DNA from: Epiperipatus broadwayi
Taxonomy: Eukaryota > Animalia > Onychophora
Assembly (NCBI GenBank): GCA_028023455.1
Contig: JAQFVV010000009.1
Span: 10,416,001-10,480,000 of the forward strand
Direction: 5' to 3'
DNA: 64,000 nt
Shown here: piece by piece, positions 23,959-35,890 of the stretch
Numbering within the stretch: the first letter of the stretch is position 1
How the letters are laid out: each line of letters begins with the position of its first letter
Position numbers and translations under genes: made by a program
Notes under the pieces: model-generated
What the model was told of the DNA's origin: nothing
The model's input: only the letters and a program-made list of their open reading frames with translations
Databases searched by the model: none

Positions 23959-26900
23959 TGTAACCCTCTAAAGTGTGGTCAACTACGTAACGCAAGTGCA
24001 CTGAGAATCGTAACCTCGATCACATCAATTCCCGCTACACATTGTCAGCTATCAAGAGCTGTATCTAAAAGCATATTATGCTATCTATTTTATGCACCAA
24101 AGACCACAACCAACATCTGGAGCAACTTACCACAGACCAAACCAATGATCTAACATAAACTTTTTTATGATTTAATTTGATCGCAGCCAGGGCGTACCGC
24201 GATGACCTATCATAGTAGTATGATAAAATACAGTAAACAAATTATAAGTGTAATGTTATTATGTTACAAACCTTAATTTGCGATTTTTATTGTATGAGAC
24301 CCGATGGCCGACCATGTACAAGATGGCATAATTTGTGGAACTACATAAGATTATGAAATTTTAAACCATCTATATGATTTTTAATACAAATGCTAGTCCA
24401 GGTAAAGCTTTGCAATAAATAAACATAAATACTTGGGTTCTTTTTTTATAATTTACTATATCACTGAGACTCTTTTTATACTGACAAATGACAATTTAAA
24501 ATGTTAAGTAAATATATTCAATCATATCATTATTTGATAAATCTGTTTACAGGTTTACCAATCAATTTGTATTGTATACTAGAATCAACTACGCAAAGCC
24601 AAAATGATGGAAAAGGTAAATGGGATTTTATTGTACCCCACACATCATAAACTACCAAAGACTAAAAGCATCCAAATGTTTTCTCAAATTATTACTAAAC
24701 TCTTATATCATGTTGACGATAGTATGTACTTCAATGTATGCTCTATCCAAGGTTTATGATTTCTGATTTTAAGAATGACACATAGCAACGGCACAGTAAG
24801 TTTAATTATAAATCAACGTTTATTTACAAATTTATGAATAATAAGTAATTAATTTCAATGTTATAATTAAAGACATAAATAAACAAATAAAATAAATAAA
24901 TTATACTTCCATCGACTTTCTTCAATAACATATCATAGGTACGGTTTTAAAAACCTAATCATACCTTATTTCAATTTGATATAATGAATCTTGAGCAAAT
25001 TATACTAAATTCCACATCAACTCATGAAATATTTAACGTCATTTCCAGATTCAATAAATCCATACCGTAAACTTATAATAATATAATAAATAATATTATA
25101 TCTGTAATATTTAGCTATAATGCAATCATTAAATAAAATGAAAATTTAAACTTACACTCCGGTAAATAATAATCAACCAACAGTTAATTATTATGAAGTA
25201 ACTTGAATAGAATGTCCTGCTACAATTTGACGATCTAACTTATGAATTATCCTTACAAATGGAAGAAAATGATTTAGCAGATCAACTAAAATACTTTGCC
25301 CAACTTATATCTATGAAGTAAAACATATTCCTGTGGATGCGTTCATCTACACATAGGAATTAAATAATACTAAACGCTTTGTGGATTGATACACCATCAT
25401 AAAGTAATACGTATAATTACACAATTCCGCGGATTAACCACCAGCACTGGAATGAGTGTAAAATACAAAAAATGGCAATTAAATAATCTGCGGATTAACC
25501 ACCAGCACAGATTAATGCCTTTTAACATTCTAAAACAACATTACTATTTACTTCACATTAAAGTGCAAAATCATCCTCCTCAGTTATTCTGATCATTCAG
25601 AAAAACACTAACACTTTAGCAAATGTGGGTTCTTGCATAATAAAATGTTACACTAATCAGGACAAATAATGTACTAACTTATCTTGCTTTAAATAAAACA
25701 TGTGTAATATAATATAAGTAATACTAGTATAGGAATATAAATCTGGAAAGACTCACAAAACACCTCATGAAAAATTGATACATCTCATAAATTCATTTAG
25801 TACCTTTCAAGCCCTTTTGCAAGTGCTATTCTCTTGAATAAGTATTTTATTCAACCCCTATTAATTTAAACTTAATAAAATATAACTTATGAACTTCACA
25901 TGCAAGTTCATATAACGATAAAATCAAAGTAATGAATCATTCATCAACTACATAAAATCTAACAGGTGTGTGTATGATATAAATTAAATGTATAGCATTT
26001 TATCGTTCAATACATGAATTTTAGCAGGTGTGTGTGTCACAAATTAGATTGTATAGCATTTTATAACGACAAATATGATCCGTGAAATCCATGTACGATG
26101 TGTCGAACAATAAATGTACGAAGTAATAGCTATAATTATAGTTGAATTCCATACATGTAATTTTATCCGTTTGTATTAGTTATCATCAGCAATATTAGAT
26201 TAACGATTTTACGTGGCTCCATAAACAAGAAACAATTTCAAAAACATGACACGCAGAACTTAAATGAAAATGTTTTTCAAAAGTTATTAATTTCTACATT
26301 TCTCTATTAAAATGTTCCAAGTTTATCACATCCATGCTAATATTTATTTATCCACGCTTAAATCTAGGAATAATAATTACAGCAATTAATTCAATCATTC
26401 CAAACTGACGATAAAATTAGAAAATAGCTTTGATTAATTATTTGAAGACTGTTTATTATCCAAATGGCAAACAAATTAACTAGCAAATATATTACTGGCA
26501 TTATAAAGTTAAATATCAATCAATACTATATTTTTATTAGAATTTGAAACGGAAATATTAAACTATGTTGATAACTTTAACATTATATTTTAATTTAAAC
26601 TTCTTCTTTTTAAAAAAACAAATTTTCATATTTATAAAACTTTTGTAATTAAAATACTTATTTAATTTTTCCAAATTGTAGAACAATAAACATTTTAAAA
26701 CATACCAAATTCTTGCAATTAATTCTTTTAAACTGGGAAGCTCCGACATTTCAAATGTAATATTGGGAAATTATTACCGGTGATTTGATCCACTTGGCCA
26801 GCCGACTTGAACAGACTTTTAAATTTAGCAATTCATCTTATAATTAAATACCACGATATTATTTTTATGTTTATAGAAAATTAGTGGTAATCCGTTTACT

Positions 26901-27389
26901 TATTAACTATTTTAAATAAGCTTATCAAAATTACACCATTTGCCTTCTTTACTATTTTCTTTTCTTTCTCCCTCCAAAAGCAAACTAACAGACGATCTTC
27001 TCTTAAATTTGCGCTCTTTTCTTTTTTTTTTACATTGAGACGCTTACGTAATTACTGTATTTATTTTTAATAATTTATTTTAATTGAACAAATGGTTTTT
27101 TATTAATTCAATATAAATAATTTTTAAGATCATTTTAAACAAACAAAAACCAATTATCATTTTTAATAATATTTTACCAAATTTAATGTGTTGTCAAAAT
27201 TTTTAAAAAGTTAAACATTATGATATGAATTAGCATATGGAACGAAGCAAATTTAAATTTATTAAATAATATAAGAGAGTAATCTGTTCAAAGTGCAAAC
27301 CAAGCCAATCAAATCACCAAAGAAGACAGAGAAATTTTTTATACTAGTTACATCAATTATTATATTTTATGCTAAAATATATGGTTACA
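23959..27389 (-). repeat. 5' LTR (3431 bp)
   Basis: Near-identical to 17667-21098, with about 18 substitutions and about 5 small indels seen by eye. Confidence 0.95.
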
Positions 27390-27599
27390 ATATATATATA
27401 TATAATTATTGTTATAACCTAATAAAATGATAAAATATATATATATATAATTGAAGAATTTAAGAAAAATATCATGAAAGATTATTTTAATGATGTAAAG
27501 ACTACTTATGATGTCAATAAATTTCTAAATAAATTGTGTTAAGAGCTAATCAATGAAAAATTGCCATTATTAGTAACTGAGTGCTGATGGATGTGATGT

Positions 27600-27960
27600 A
27601 CTGTGGCTTCTTCTTAAACAAAGTCAAGAATCTCAGCAATTATACCCAGAAAAACCTGTTAGCCACTTTATTTTCCATTCCCCACTCTAAGTTTTCCCAT
27701 ATTCTGCTCCATTCCATTTCCACAACATAATCTTTATCAACTCTATGGCCTTTATATCTAAATCCCCCTTATCTTTTTCCAAACCCAGCATAAAAAACAA
27801 TAATCCACTTTCTGTATAATCACTTTTTTCATATTTATTCTTCCATATCTTCATTATATGTACCCTTTGTTTTCAAGCATTTACATTCTATTAACAAATG
27901 CTATCATTTGGTTTTAATATTCTGCCATCTAGTTATTTGACCTGTCTTCTGGCAGATCAT
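27600..27960 (-). mobile_element. Heavily decayed LINE 3' fragment (possibly RTE-like)
   Basis: Purine-rich minus strand with Trp/Gly/Arg-rich broken frames resembling LINE C-termini. No clean motif. Confidence 0.3.
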
Positions 27961-28559
27961 AAAATAATATTGGATAATGCAGATGCTATCTTTTATGAAA
28001 AAATAAAAAAGAAGAGTCAAAGAAACATTGATGATAAATCTTTTTGAATCTGAGGCCATCAATCTCATGAAAACATCATTTGATGTAAAAAGTGATTAGT
28101 TTTTGAAGTGAATGATGAGAAGTATTTTTGTTTGTTATCTTGTTAAATATCACTTGAGAAGGTCTACTTGTTGATATATGAAACTACCAATCATGAGAAA
28201 ATGTTAGTAAAATGTTGTTTTTTGGCTAGTATTGTAATGTTATATGATTTTTTATTTCAGATAAAGAATGTATACAAAAAAGAAACTTTCATAAAGTGCA
28301 TTCATCTGAAATATTTATCTGTACATAACAGTTATTATTTTGGCTTGTATTATATTCTTGAAATCTTTTCTAAGCTTTCCAAGCCTGAAGGAAGATATAC
28401 TGTTTTCTTTAAGTAAAAAGAAAAGAAAGAAAACAATTATTATTCAATTTTGAATGGAAAATAAAATTATATATGTAAGTTGTCTGGTTATTATATAAAA
28501 ATAAATTGGCAATTGTGAAATAGTAAATAATAAAATAGAAATTTGCATTAGAATTATTT

Positions 28560-29460
28560 GCACTTTTTATTAAAGTTACAACTGTAAAATATGGCTTCTT
28601 GGGACTTTCAAATGATCTGTTAATTAGGAAATTCAAATTCTGGATGTTGGAGGGAAGATATCTGGATTTTATCATAAAAGTAAATTTGACTGCACCCCCC
28701 TCCCCAGTGAATTTTTAGTCATGAGGAGAGACTTTGCCAAATTAAATTCAGTTTGCCAGATGTGCAATCAAGAAAATGAATCAAGGCAGCATCTATTCTT
28801 TGGTTGTGTGGTACTAAATAAATGCAGAGCAATACTCAATGGTTGGATCATATCCTTTGTAGGATTTTTAACCAGAATGAATGCCTAAAAACTGGAGTCT
28901 TTGGAATAATTAGACTGTCAATCATGATGAACAATATGGTCTGGACAATGAAACACCATCTCTTATTTGAGAGGAGTAATGATAATTTACACAATGAACT
29001 TTTGTGCAAGATCAGGGCTATCAGGAAGAGGGATCACTTAATCTCACCGAAAAGAATCTATAATGATACCTGGAAGCTGGTGTTGTTGCGAGAATAGTTT
29101 TTGATTCAGCGATGGGGATTTCCTTCATGATCTGTCCGGAAGTCCCTATACATAAGCCACTAAGATGGCTCTGGCCATGGTTAGGTGTGCCCATTTTGGG
29201 TGATTGATAGTCAAAGGATTAGCTTCCATAATGGTCAGAAGACTGTTGAAGTGTATTATTTCACTGCTTATGTTTTGACAAGTAAAGATGCCGAGATCTC
29301 AATTTTAGAAAAAGGACAAGACTGTCAAAAAAAGTGTGTCTTCCTCAAACTGTCCAAATGCTCATCATAATTCAAGACAATTTGTTCAATTTTTCACTTT
29401 GTATTTTTTCTACCATTTATTCCTTGTATTCATATGCAATAAAGTTACTTTTGAAAATAA
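28560..29460 (+). mobile_element. L1/Tx1-type LINE 3' fragment
   Basis: C-terminal zinc motif CQMCNQENESRQHLFFGC (28754-28807), followed by a W..(R)N..F-like segment (MVWTMKHHLLFERSN) and ending in AATAAA plus an A-rich tail. Confidence 0.7.
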
Positions 29461-29640
29461 TAATAGTAATAGTAACAAGTCAGATGTCACATGACTTATA
29501 TATAGCTTGCACTTACAAATATGTAAAATTAAGAGCGTGCTAATAGCTCTAAACAAGCTTTTTTTTTTTTTATTTTTTATTTTTTTTTATGATAAATGCT
29601 ACTACAAGAGAATGCATTCAAATCATTTTTATTTTAAATG

Positions 29641-29696
29641 GTCCCCATCCCCAGACCGGTTTCGACCTATGGGTCTCTTCAGTGAGGAGTTGGGAC
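29641..29696 (-). ncRNA. Minimal type I hammerhead ribozyme (copy 1)
   Basis: Minus strand GTCCCAACTCCTCA-CTGAAGA-GACC(CATA)GGTC-GAAAC-CG-GTC-TGGGGATGGGGAC. It has a complete core, a 4-bp stem II, an extended stem I and a palindromic ACCGGT stem III. Predicted cleavage is between 29654 and 29653. Confidence 0.9.
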
Positions 29697-30077
29697 ATTA
29701 GATCTAAAAAACCAACTCAAGCAAAGCATTTATCTAAAAGATAATTGTTAGAAGAAGATCTGAAACTTTTAGACATCTACATGTCTTTAAAGTCAGCTCT
29801 CCAACTGAAAAAATCATATGGGACTGAACTTAATTCAGATACTCCATATATTAGTAAGCTTAGCTCTTTAATTTAGCTAAAGCCACAACAGCAAAATAAT
29901 AATAGTAATAGTAACAAGTCAGATGTCACATGACTTATATATAGCTTGCACTTATAAATATGTAAAATTAAGAGCGTGCTAATAGCTCTAAACAAGCTTT
30001 TTTTTTTTTTTATTTTTTTTTTTTTATGATAAATGCTACTACAAGAGAAGGCATTCAAATCATTTTTATTTTAAATG

Positions 30078-30133
30078 GTCCCCATCCCCAGACCGGTTTC
30101 GACCTATGGGTCTCTTCAGTGAGGAGTTGGGAC
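30078..30133 (-). ncRNA. Minimal type I hammerhead ribozyme (copy 2)
   Basis: Identical to copy 1 and offset by 437 nt. Predicted cleavage is between 30091 and 30090. Confidence 0.9.
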
Positions 30134-30372
30134 ATTAGATCTAAAAAACCAACTCAAGCAAAGCATTTATCTAAAAGATAATTGTTAGAAGAAGATCTGA
30201 AACTTTTAGACATCTACATGTCTTTAAAGTCAGCTCTCCAACTGAAAAAATCATATGGGACTGAACTTAATTCAGATACTCCATATATTAGTAAGCTTAG
30301 CTCTTTAATTTAGCTAAAGCCACAACAGCAAAATAATAATAGTAATATGTATTTAGTAAAAATTGAAATATT

Positions 30373-30578
30373 TGTTGGTTTTGAGGATATAAAATGAATA
30401 AAGTTCCTTTTGAAAATAAATAAAATATGATATGTTGGTTTTGAGGATATAAAATGATGATGATAATAATAATATACTTTGTTGACCAAAATATGTATTA
30501 CATAGGTTTTGAGGATATAAAATAATGATGATAATAATAATATATTTTGTTGACCAAAAGATGTATTACATAGGTTTT
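30373..30578. repeat. 68-bp tandem repeat with (ATG/ATA)n core, likely the 3' tail region of the adjacent LINE
   Basis: TTTTGAGGATATAAAAT recurs at ~30379, 30439 and 30507. There are two full units plus a partial one. Confidence 0.8.
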
Positions 30579-30579
30579 A

Positions 30580-33500
30580 CAAATATTTTACAAGGATTTT
30601 TGCCAGAGTTGCAAAGAAATTTCAAGTATAATGATTATTTGTTATTATATGATATTTGATTAACATTGTTGATTACAGTACAATTATATGCACATTGGTA
30701 ATTGTACATAATTGTTTTTAATGATACTTTTTGTATAATATAATATTGGTTATACCAAAAAGGAAATGTGTATAGCCTTGGAATTAAGTTCCTTTGCCTT
30801 GAGCTTGACTAGTCTGGTTGGTTATCCTTCTGTGGCATTGAACTATTGTAATGAGTGTCTGAAACATATTTTTTCATGTAGATGGTAATATTATGTAGCA
30901 TGTGAAATGTCCACAAAGGTTGTTAATGGCCACTTATAGGTTGACTGCTTTAATGAATGACCATTTCACCACAAAAATATCCCAGGGGTTATGTTGTTAT
31001 CCCATGTTTTTAACTGGCATAATTTATTGATAAATCTGCAATGATGCTTCCTATTATTGTTGCCTAACAAGAAGGTGCAACAGGTATACCAGAAGGCAAA
31101 CAGGATAAATGTGGCTGTTTAGGCTTCAAGAATGTTTAATCTTTGGAAGGGCCATGTTATGTGATCGATGGCATGGCAGTAGCAGGCTGCCTGTATGCAT
31201 TTAACAAGTTGGTATATGGAGTTTAGTGCTCATCAGTCATTAAGAAGATGTTGTTGAGTCTCCTTGGCTTTGTGGCATAGCCCACAGAATGGGTAAATAT
31301 TTTTATACAGATGACAATATTGCAGAGAAAATGATGTTAGAAATGCAGGCAGGTTGAGTCTAATTAGGAAGTCAAAAAACTTCAGTTCTAGTCCTCATTT
31401 TTTAAATTGACAGATAAGTCAACAGTTATTTATTTCAATCATGGAAAGAGGGTAATCATAACTAGGATCTTGATAAAACAGGAGTCTATGTTTTCCAATA
31501 ATTGCACTTGGAATCATAGGAGAGGTTGATCTGGTTGGTGGTACCTAGAATTGTGTGAATAAGGAAAAGGTTATCTGTAGGGGTTACTTTCAGCAGGAAT
31601 TTGACATTTTGGACCAGTTGGCAATAGATATTATTAAGTTAATGTTTTTTAGGGTATAGAACACCTGAATGCTGTGCAAGGCTAGGCCATTGTACAAGAG
31701 TTGGCAGTTGAGCCATTTTATGGATATTGAAACATTCTTGCAGGTCCAGAGCAATTTATTGCATGTAAAGTTGATGGCAGAAATGAACAACTTTGAAAAT
31801 TTGATAATAGGTGAATAGCATGTGATTTTTGTCATAGCAAAAATATTGAACAGGTGTATCTTGATATGCTTCAGAAAGTGAATTGGTAATTTGCATTAAA
31901 GAATTTTGTAAATTAATTTTATTGTGAGTCTCACAGCATGGGGAGGGTTTTTCTTGGAGAACATGGGAACATGATTTTTTGTGAATAGAGTCAGTCCATA
32001 CAGCAGTTTTGGGGGGGATTAAAATGCAGTTTATAGGCTGGTGTGCAGTCATTAAGAATGATTTGTAATATGAGAAGTTCCTGGGAATGTAGAAAGACAA
32101 TGATGTTATCCATTAGGCTATACAGGGAATGTATTGCTGAGTGTGTGGAATTTTGATTCTGCTAAATTTTATTCTGTATTTATTGTAAAAGTGGATTTAT
32201 GTAGAGTGTTAGGAGCAACCCTTATGACTTTGTGGGATTGAAGGATGGAGAAATTCTACCCTTAATAGTGATGTGCAATTTATGATTCAGAATGGATTGG
32301 TGATTAGGTATAACAGAATAGGTAGATTAATGGTGTTAGCAAGCATGTGAATAAGTAGATTAATTGAGATGGAATAAGGGCTGCTTGTATGTCAAGTATG
32401 GGACTTTGTTTTTATTTTTTTGAACTGAGCTTAGAATTATCATAAATAGTGATGCTTGGCTGATGGACAAACCTTTTTTGGCACTTAGTCCTTAATTACT
32501 TTTTTAAGTATTTTTATGGCTAGTGAGCCCATGATGATAAGCTGAAAATTGGTTAGAACAGATATAGTCTCAGGTTTTTTTAGTGAAAGGTACTATGGCA
32601 ATTGAATACAAACCTTTTACACTGAAATTTCTCTGGGATAGAACATTGGTGAGACCATGAATATACAGCGTAGTGAAATAACTAAGATGACTTAAGATGA
32701 ATGCAGAAATTCCATGAGGCATATGCTGACAAGAGGTTTTAATTGTGGCAGGTTTGGTGGCAAATTGGCTGGTTTGGAAAGGCATAGTAGTTTCCAATGA
32801 TTCAAAACAGAATACTGATGTAGTGATTATATCATAGGTCTGAAGTTTATTTTTAAAGTGCAGGTATATAGAATGGATGGGTGACCCAATGCCTAGTGTA
32901 TATATGTTCTTGATCACATGTGCTGCTGTGTTAGGTCAATTTTTTTTTTGATTGCAAGGTTGTACTTCAACTGTGAGCCTGATTAATTGTTGGTGTGTTT
33001 GGTGGATGGGCTTAGTAGTGGAAATTTGCTTATGTAACTCATTGACAAATATTAAAAAGATGCAGAGATGAGGGGGACTATTGTGTTGTGTTGAATATTA
33101 AATGCTAATATGTGTATGAAAGCAAGATACTTCTGAACTGGATCTATAGCCATTTGATGCAGTTTGTTTAACATGATGTAGGATTCAGAAAACATGAACT
33201 CAGTAGTAAATGAGGGAAGAGTCATGTGGATTGTTTTATGTAATTGAATGGATATTGCTTGGAGTTTATTATGGTTAAGTGTGACTGCTTGCACAGAGTA
33301 ATCTGAGAATGGAGTGAAGTTAAGGTTAAGTTTTATTATATGATGCAAATTGGAGAATAAAAACATCTGCATGCTGGTTGTTAGGTAGACAATACTGGGC
33401 ACTCATTAGTGTGAAGTTTAAGAGATGAAAATATTATATATAAAAGTTGGGTAATCCAGATTGAAATCACCTATTAATATGTTTGGGAGTGGGCTAGTTG

Positions 33501-35890
33501 TAAAAACTGAATTGATTGTTTGGATGATATATGTGATGATTGTAGGGCCAGTAGAATATAGATGAATACTATGATTAGCGAAAAGTGGTAATTAGAAAGC
33601 ACCCATAAATATATGAAATGTTAAATGACTTGAATGGGCAATTGAAAATGTTTGAGAATACAAGTGCCTGATAGTGGCTAGAAAGTATCTTTGGAGCAAG
33701 CATAGAAGCTATGTCTATGGAGGTAGTCAGTGGGGTCAAATCAAGATCATCTGTATATTTTGATTTCCAGTAATTTAAGAAAATGAGGTTGAATGATAGT
33801 TATCCATTTCTGTAATTGGGATAGCTTTGAGGGTGACATTTAAGCATTATTATTTTTAGTTTCATGGAGTATACAGGTGATTAATGATGCCAGAGGGGTG
33901 TTTTTTTTTTAAAGTAAGAAACTATTAAATTGCATTTGATTCTGCTAAAGTGGACTATCAGTGGATGCAATTATTTGTTTAACAATTTCTACTGAGGATA
34001 ATTATTCAGTTTGTTTGGTGTTAGTTCTGGTTTGGAGGGTAAACAAGGTGAGTGATCAGGGTGGTACTGAGAGGTGGTGGCTTGCATAGTCTTTTATGGG
34101 TTATCAGTAATCTCATTGATGAGTGGTAGGTGATCTTAATCATTAGTTTTTTTGTGATTTTTCTTAGGCCTTCCTGATTTTCTCTTGCTTTCATTGGGAG
34201 TTGGGCATGGAAATGGTATGGGTGATAGACATGGTGCAATTGTTTTTATATTTATTGCAGTTTTATTTCTTATCATGTATTGATTCTGTGCTATGTTTTG
34301 ATATGGTTCAATATCAAGAAAAGGCTGGGCATTTATGCTATAGCTTGGCATTCTTATTGCATCAGGTTGGATAGCAAGTTGACTAGATTCTGAATGTAAG
34401 GTTAACTGTGCATAAATAATGAGGATGGACTGCAACATTTGTTTTGGCATGAGTGTGGAATCCATTCGCATGAAGTGTATATCTGAGATGTGATGACAGC
34501 CAGATAGGAGGTTGTTGAGCCATCAGGATGGCTGGTGTTACAGGACCCAGCTAAAGAGTTGTCAAATTCTATTTGATCACTGGTTGTTTGCAGATTTGTT
34601 TTAGGGATAGTCATTAATGAAGGTAGGTCCAGTAGGTTGAAGCATTGAACTGCAAGATGGCTTTTCTTTCCACATGTGTAGCATTGAGGTTTTAAACCTT
34701 GAATGTATAAATATAAAGTTGCATATTGGTCAAAAATTTGGATAAGAATTAGATTTGGGTCAATCTCAAAATGCAGTTGAATTCATAACTGTTGCCTGAA
34801 ATAAGTGCAGGAGTATCTTTGACAAGAATTGATTGAAAAAAGGTGATTTTGCCAAAGGTCTGCATTCTTCATTGGAAATCTTATGGGTGTAATAAGTATT
34901 CTTCAACATCCCAGCATTTCCAAGTGTTTTGATTTGAGTTTGGAAGTGCTCCCTTTAAGTAACTTGGAAAAATTCAATTGCTGGTATCTAGAATTTGGAT
35001 GATCAGCTGTCTGACTGATTGAATTTCCATCTCATGCATTATAATGGCATCATAGAAAAGATGCCAAGGTTAACTTGTAGAAAGATACCTTCATATCAGT
35101 GACTGATATCATCCAGAGATCAGGTGAAAAGATCTCTTAAAATATTGTATAAAAATCCTGGTGGATAGTTATAAGAAATCTGTCTGTAATATTTGCTCAT
35201 ATTTCAAATGTCCCGTAATCATTGAAGGGAATATTCAAATCCAAATCTGTGATGTCATTGAAAACAGTTTTGTGAAAATGTGGAATTGACCTTGGAGGAT
35301 TTGATATTACATTGTTGTTATTGTGGAAGGTTTGTACATTATTGCTGATGACATAGGTATATGTTTATTTAGAACTTGTACTTTGATTCTGGAGCTAGTA
35401 ATACCATTTGAACCTATATTTTGGTTAATCTGGAAATTTTGCATATCACTACTGACATTTCCATCTGATTGATTAGGATTTGGACTTTGGTTTAAGCTCT
35501 TGATATTATTTCAACTTATATCCTCATTGCTGTGGGGTTTTTTAAAATTTGTAGTTTGACCTTTGAAGAAAGTAATATCTGAATCTATACTTTGGTTGCC
35601 ATGGAGAATTTGTTCATCACTGCTAATGATATTTCTGTATGTATGATTAAGGTTTAAATTTTTTTCTCTGAAGCTGTTGATTTTATTAGAAATTATGTCT
35701 TTGTTGGTATGAAGAATTTCCACATTGTTCTAATAAAGTTTGGATATGTGATTTTGAGTGGTCTTTTGTGAGGTTTAAACCTGGAAAATTTTCCTCATTG
35801 CTTAGAAACACTAAGTTTTACTGCTGCTAAGGAAATATTTTTTCTTGCAAATTATCTATTACATGGATTTTTTTTATAACTAGAGTGTTA
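30580..35890 (-). mobile_element. Near full-length decayed non-LTR retrotransposon (ORF1 with CCHC knuckle + APE-RT ORF2), L1/Tx1-like
   Basis: Motifs occur in the correct order on the minus strand: YIQGLKPQ-CYTCGKKSHLAVQC (34642-34683), APE NILIGDFN (33460-33471), RT VLQEKPSP (QG.PLSP-like, ~31940-31965) and FA(D)D-like at 31831-31848. Many stops and frameshifts, and CpG is almost absent. Clade and end points are approximate. Confidence 0.8.

Larger units (their letters stand above)
17667..27389 (-). mobile_element. Non-autonomous Ty3/Gypsy LTR retrotransposon (pol-deletion derivative) with giant LTRs
   Basis: Two ~3.43-kb near-identical direct repeats ending TGTAACC...GGTTACA, with PBS, PPT, gag and an integrase C-terminus on the minus strand. 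Both flanks read ATAT (17663-17666, 27390-27393), a TSD that is ambiguous because it lies in a (TA)n tract. Confidence 0.95.
29454..30346 (-). repeat. Head-to-tail tandem dimer (439 + 437 bp + 17-bp terminal redundancy), one hammerhead ribozyme per unit; retrozyme/Penelope pLTR-like
   Basis: Units start at 29454, 29893 and (partial) 30330 with AAAATAATAATAGTAAT. They differ only in the poly-T tract and two substitutions seen. Confidence 0.9.

Noticed and set aside
29454-30578. CRISPR-like or satellite interpretation of the local tandem repeats
   Set aside because: The context is eukaryotic, there is no repeat-spacer alternation, and the units are explained by the ribozyme repeat and the LINE tail.
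31205-31300. CGLCHKAKETQQHLLND as a C-terminal zinc/REL motif implying a dual-endonuclease LINE
   Set aside because: It lies too close to the RT end, no downstream RHN/PD..D motif was found, and another frame reads equally well as post-RT sequence. Unresolved without a consensus.
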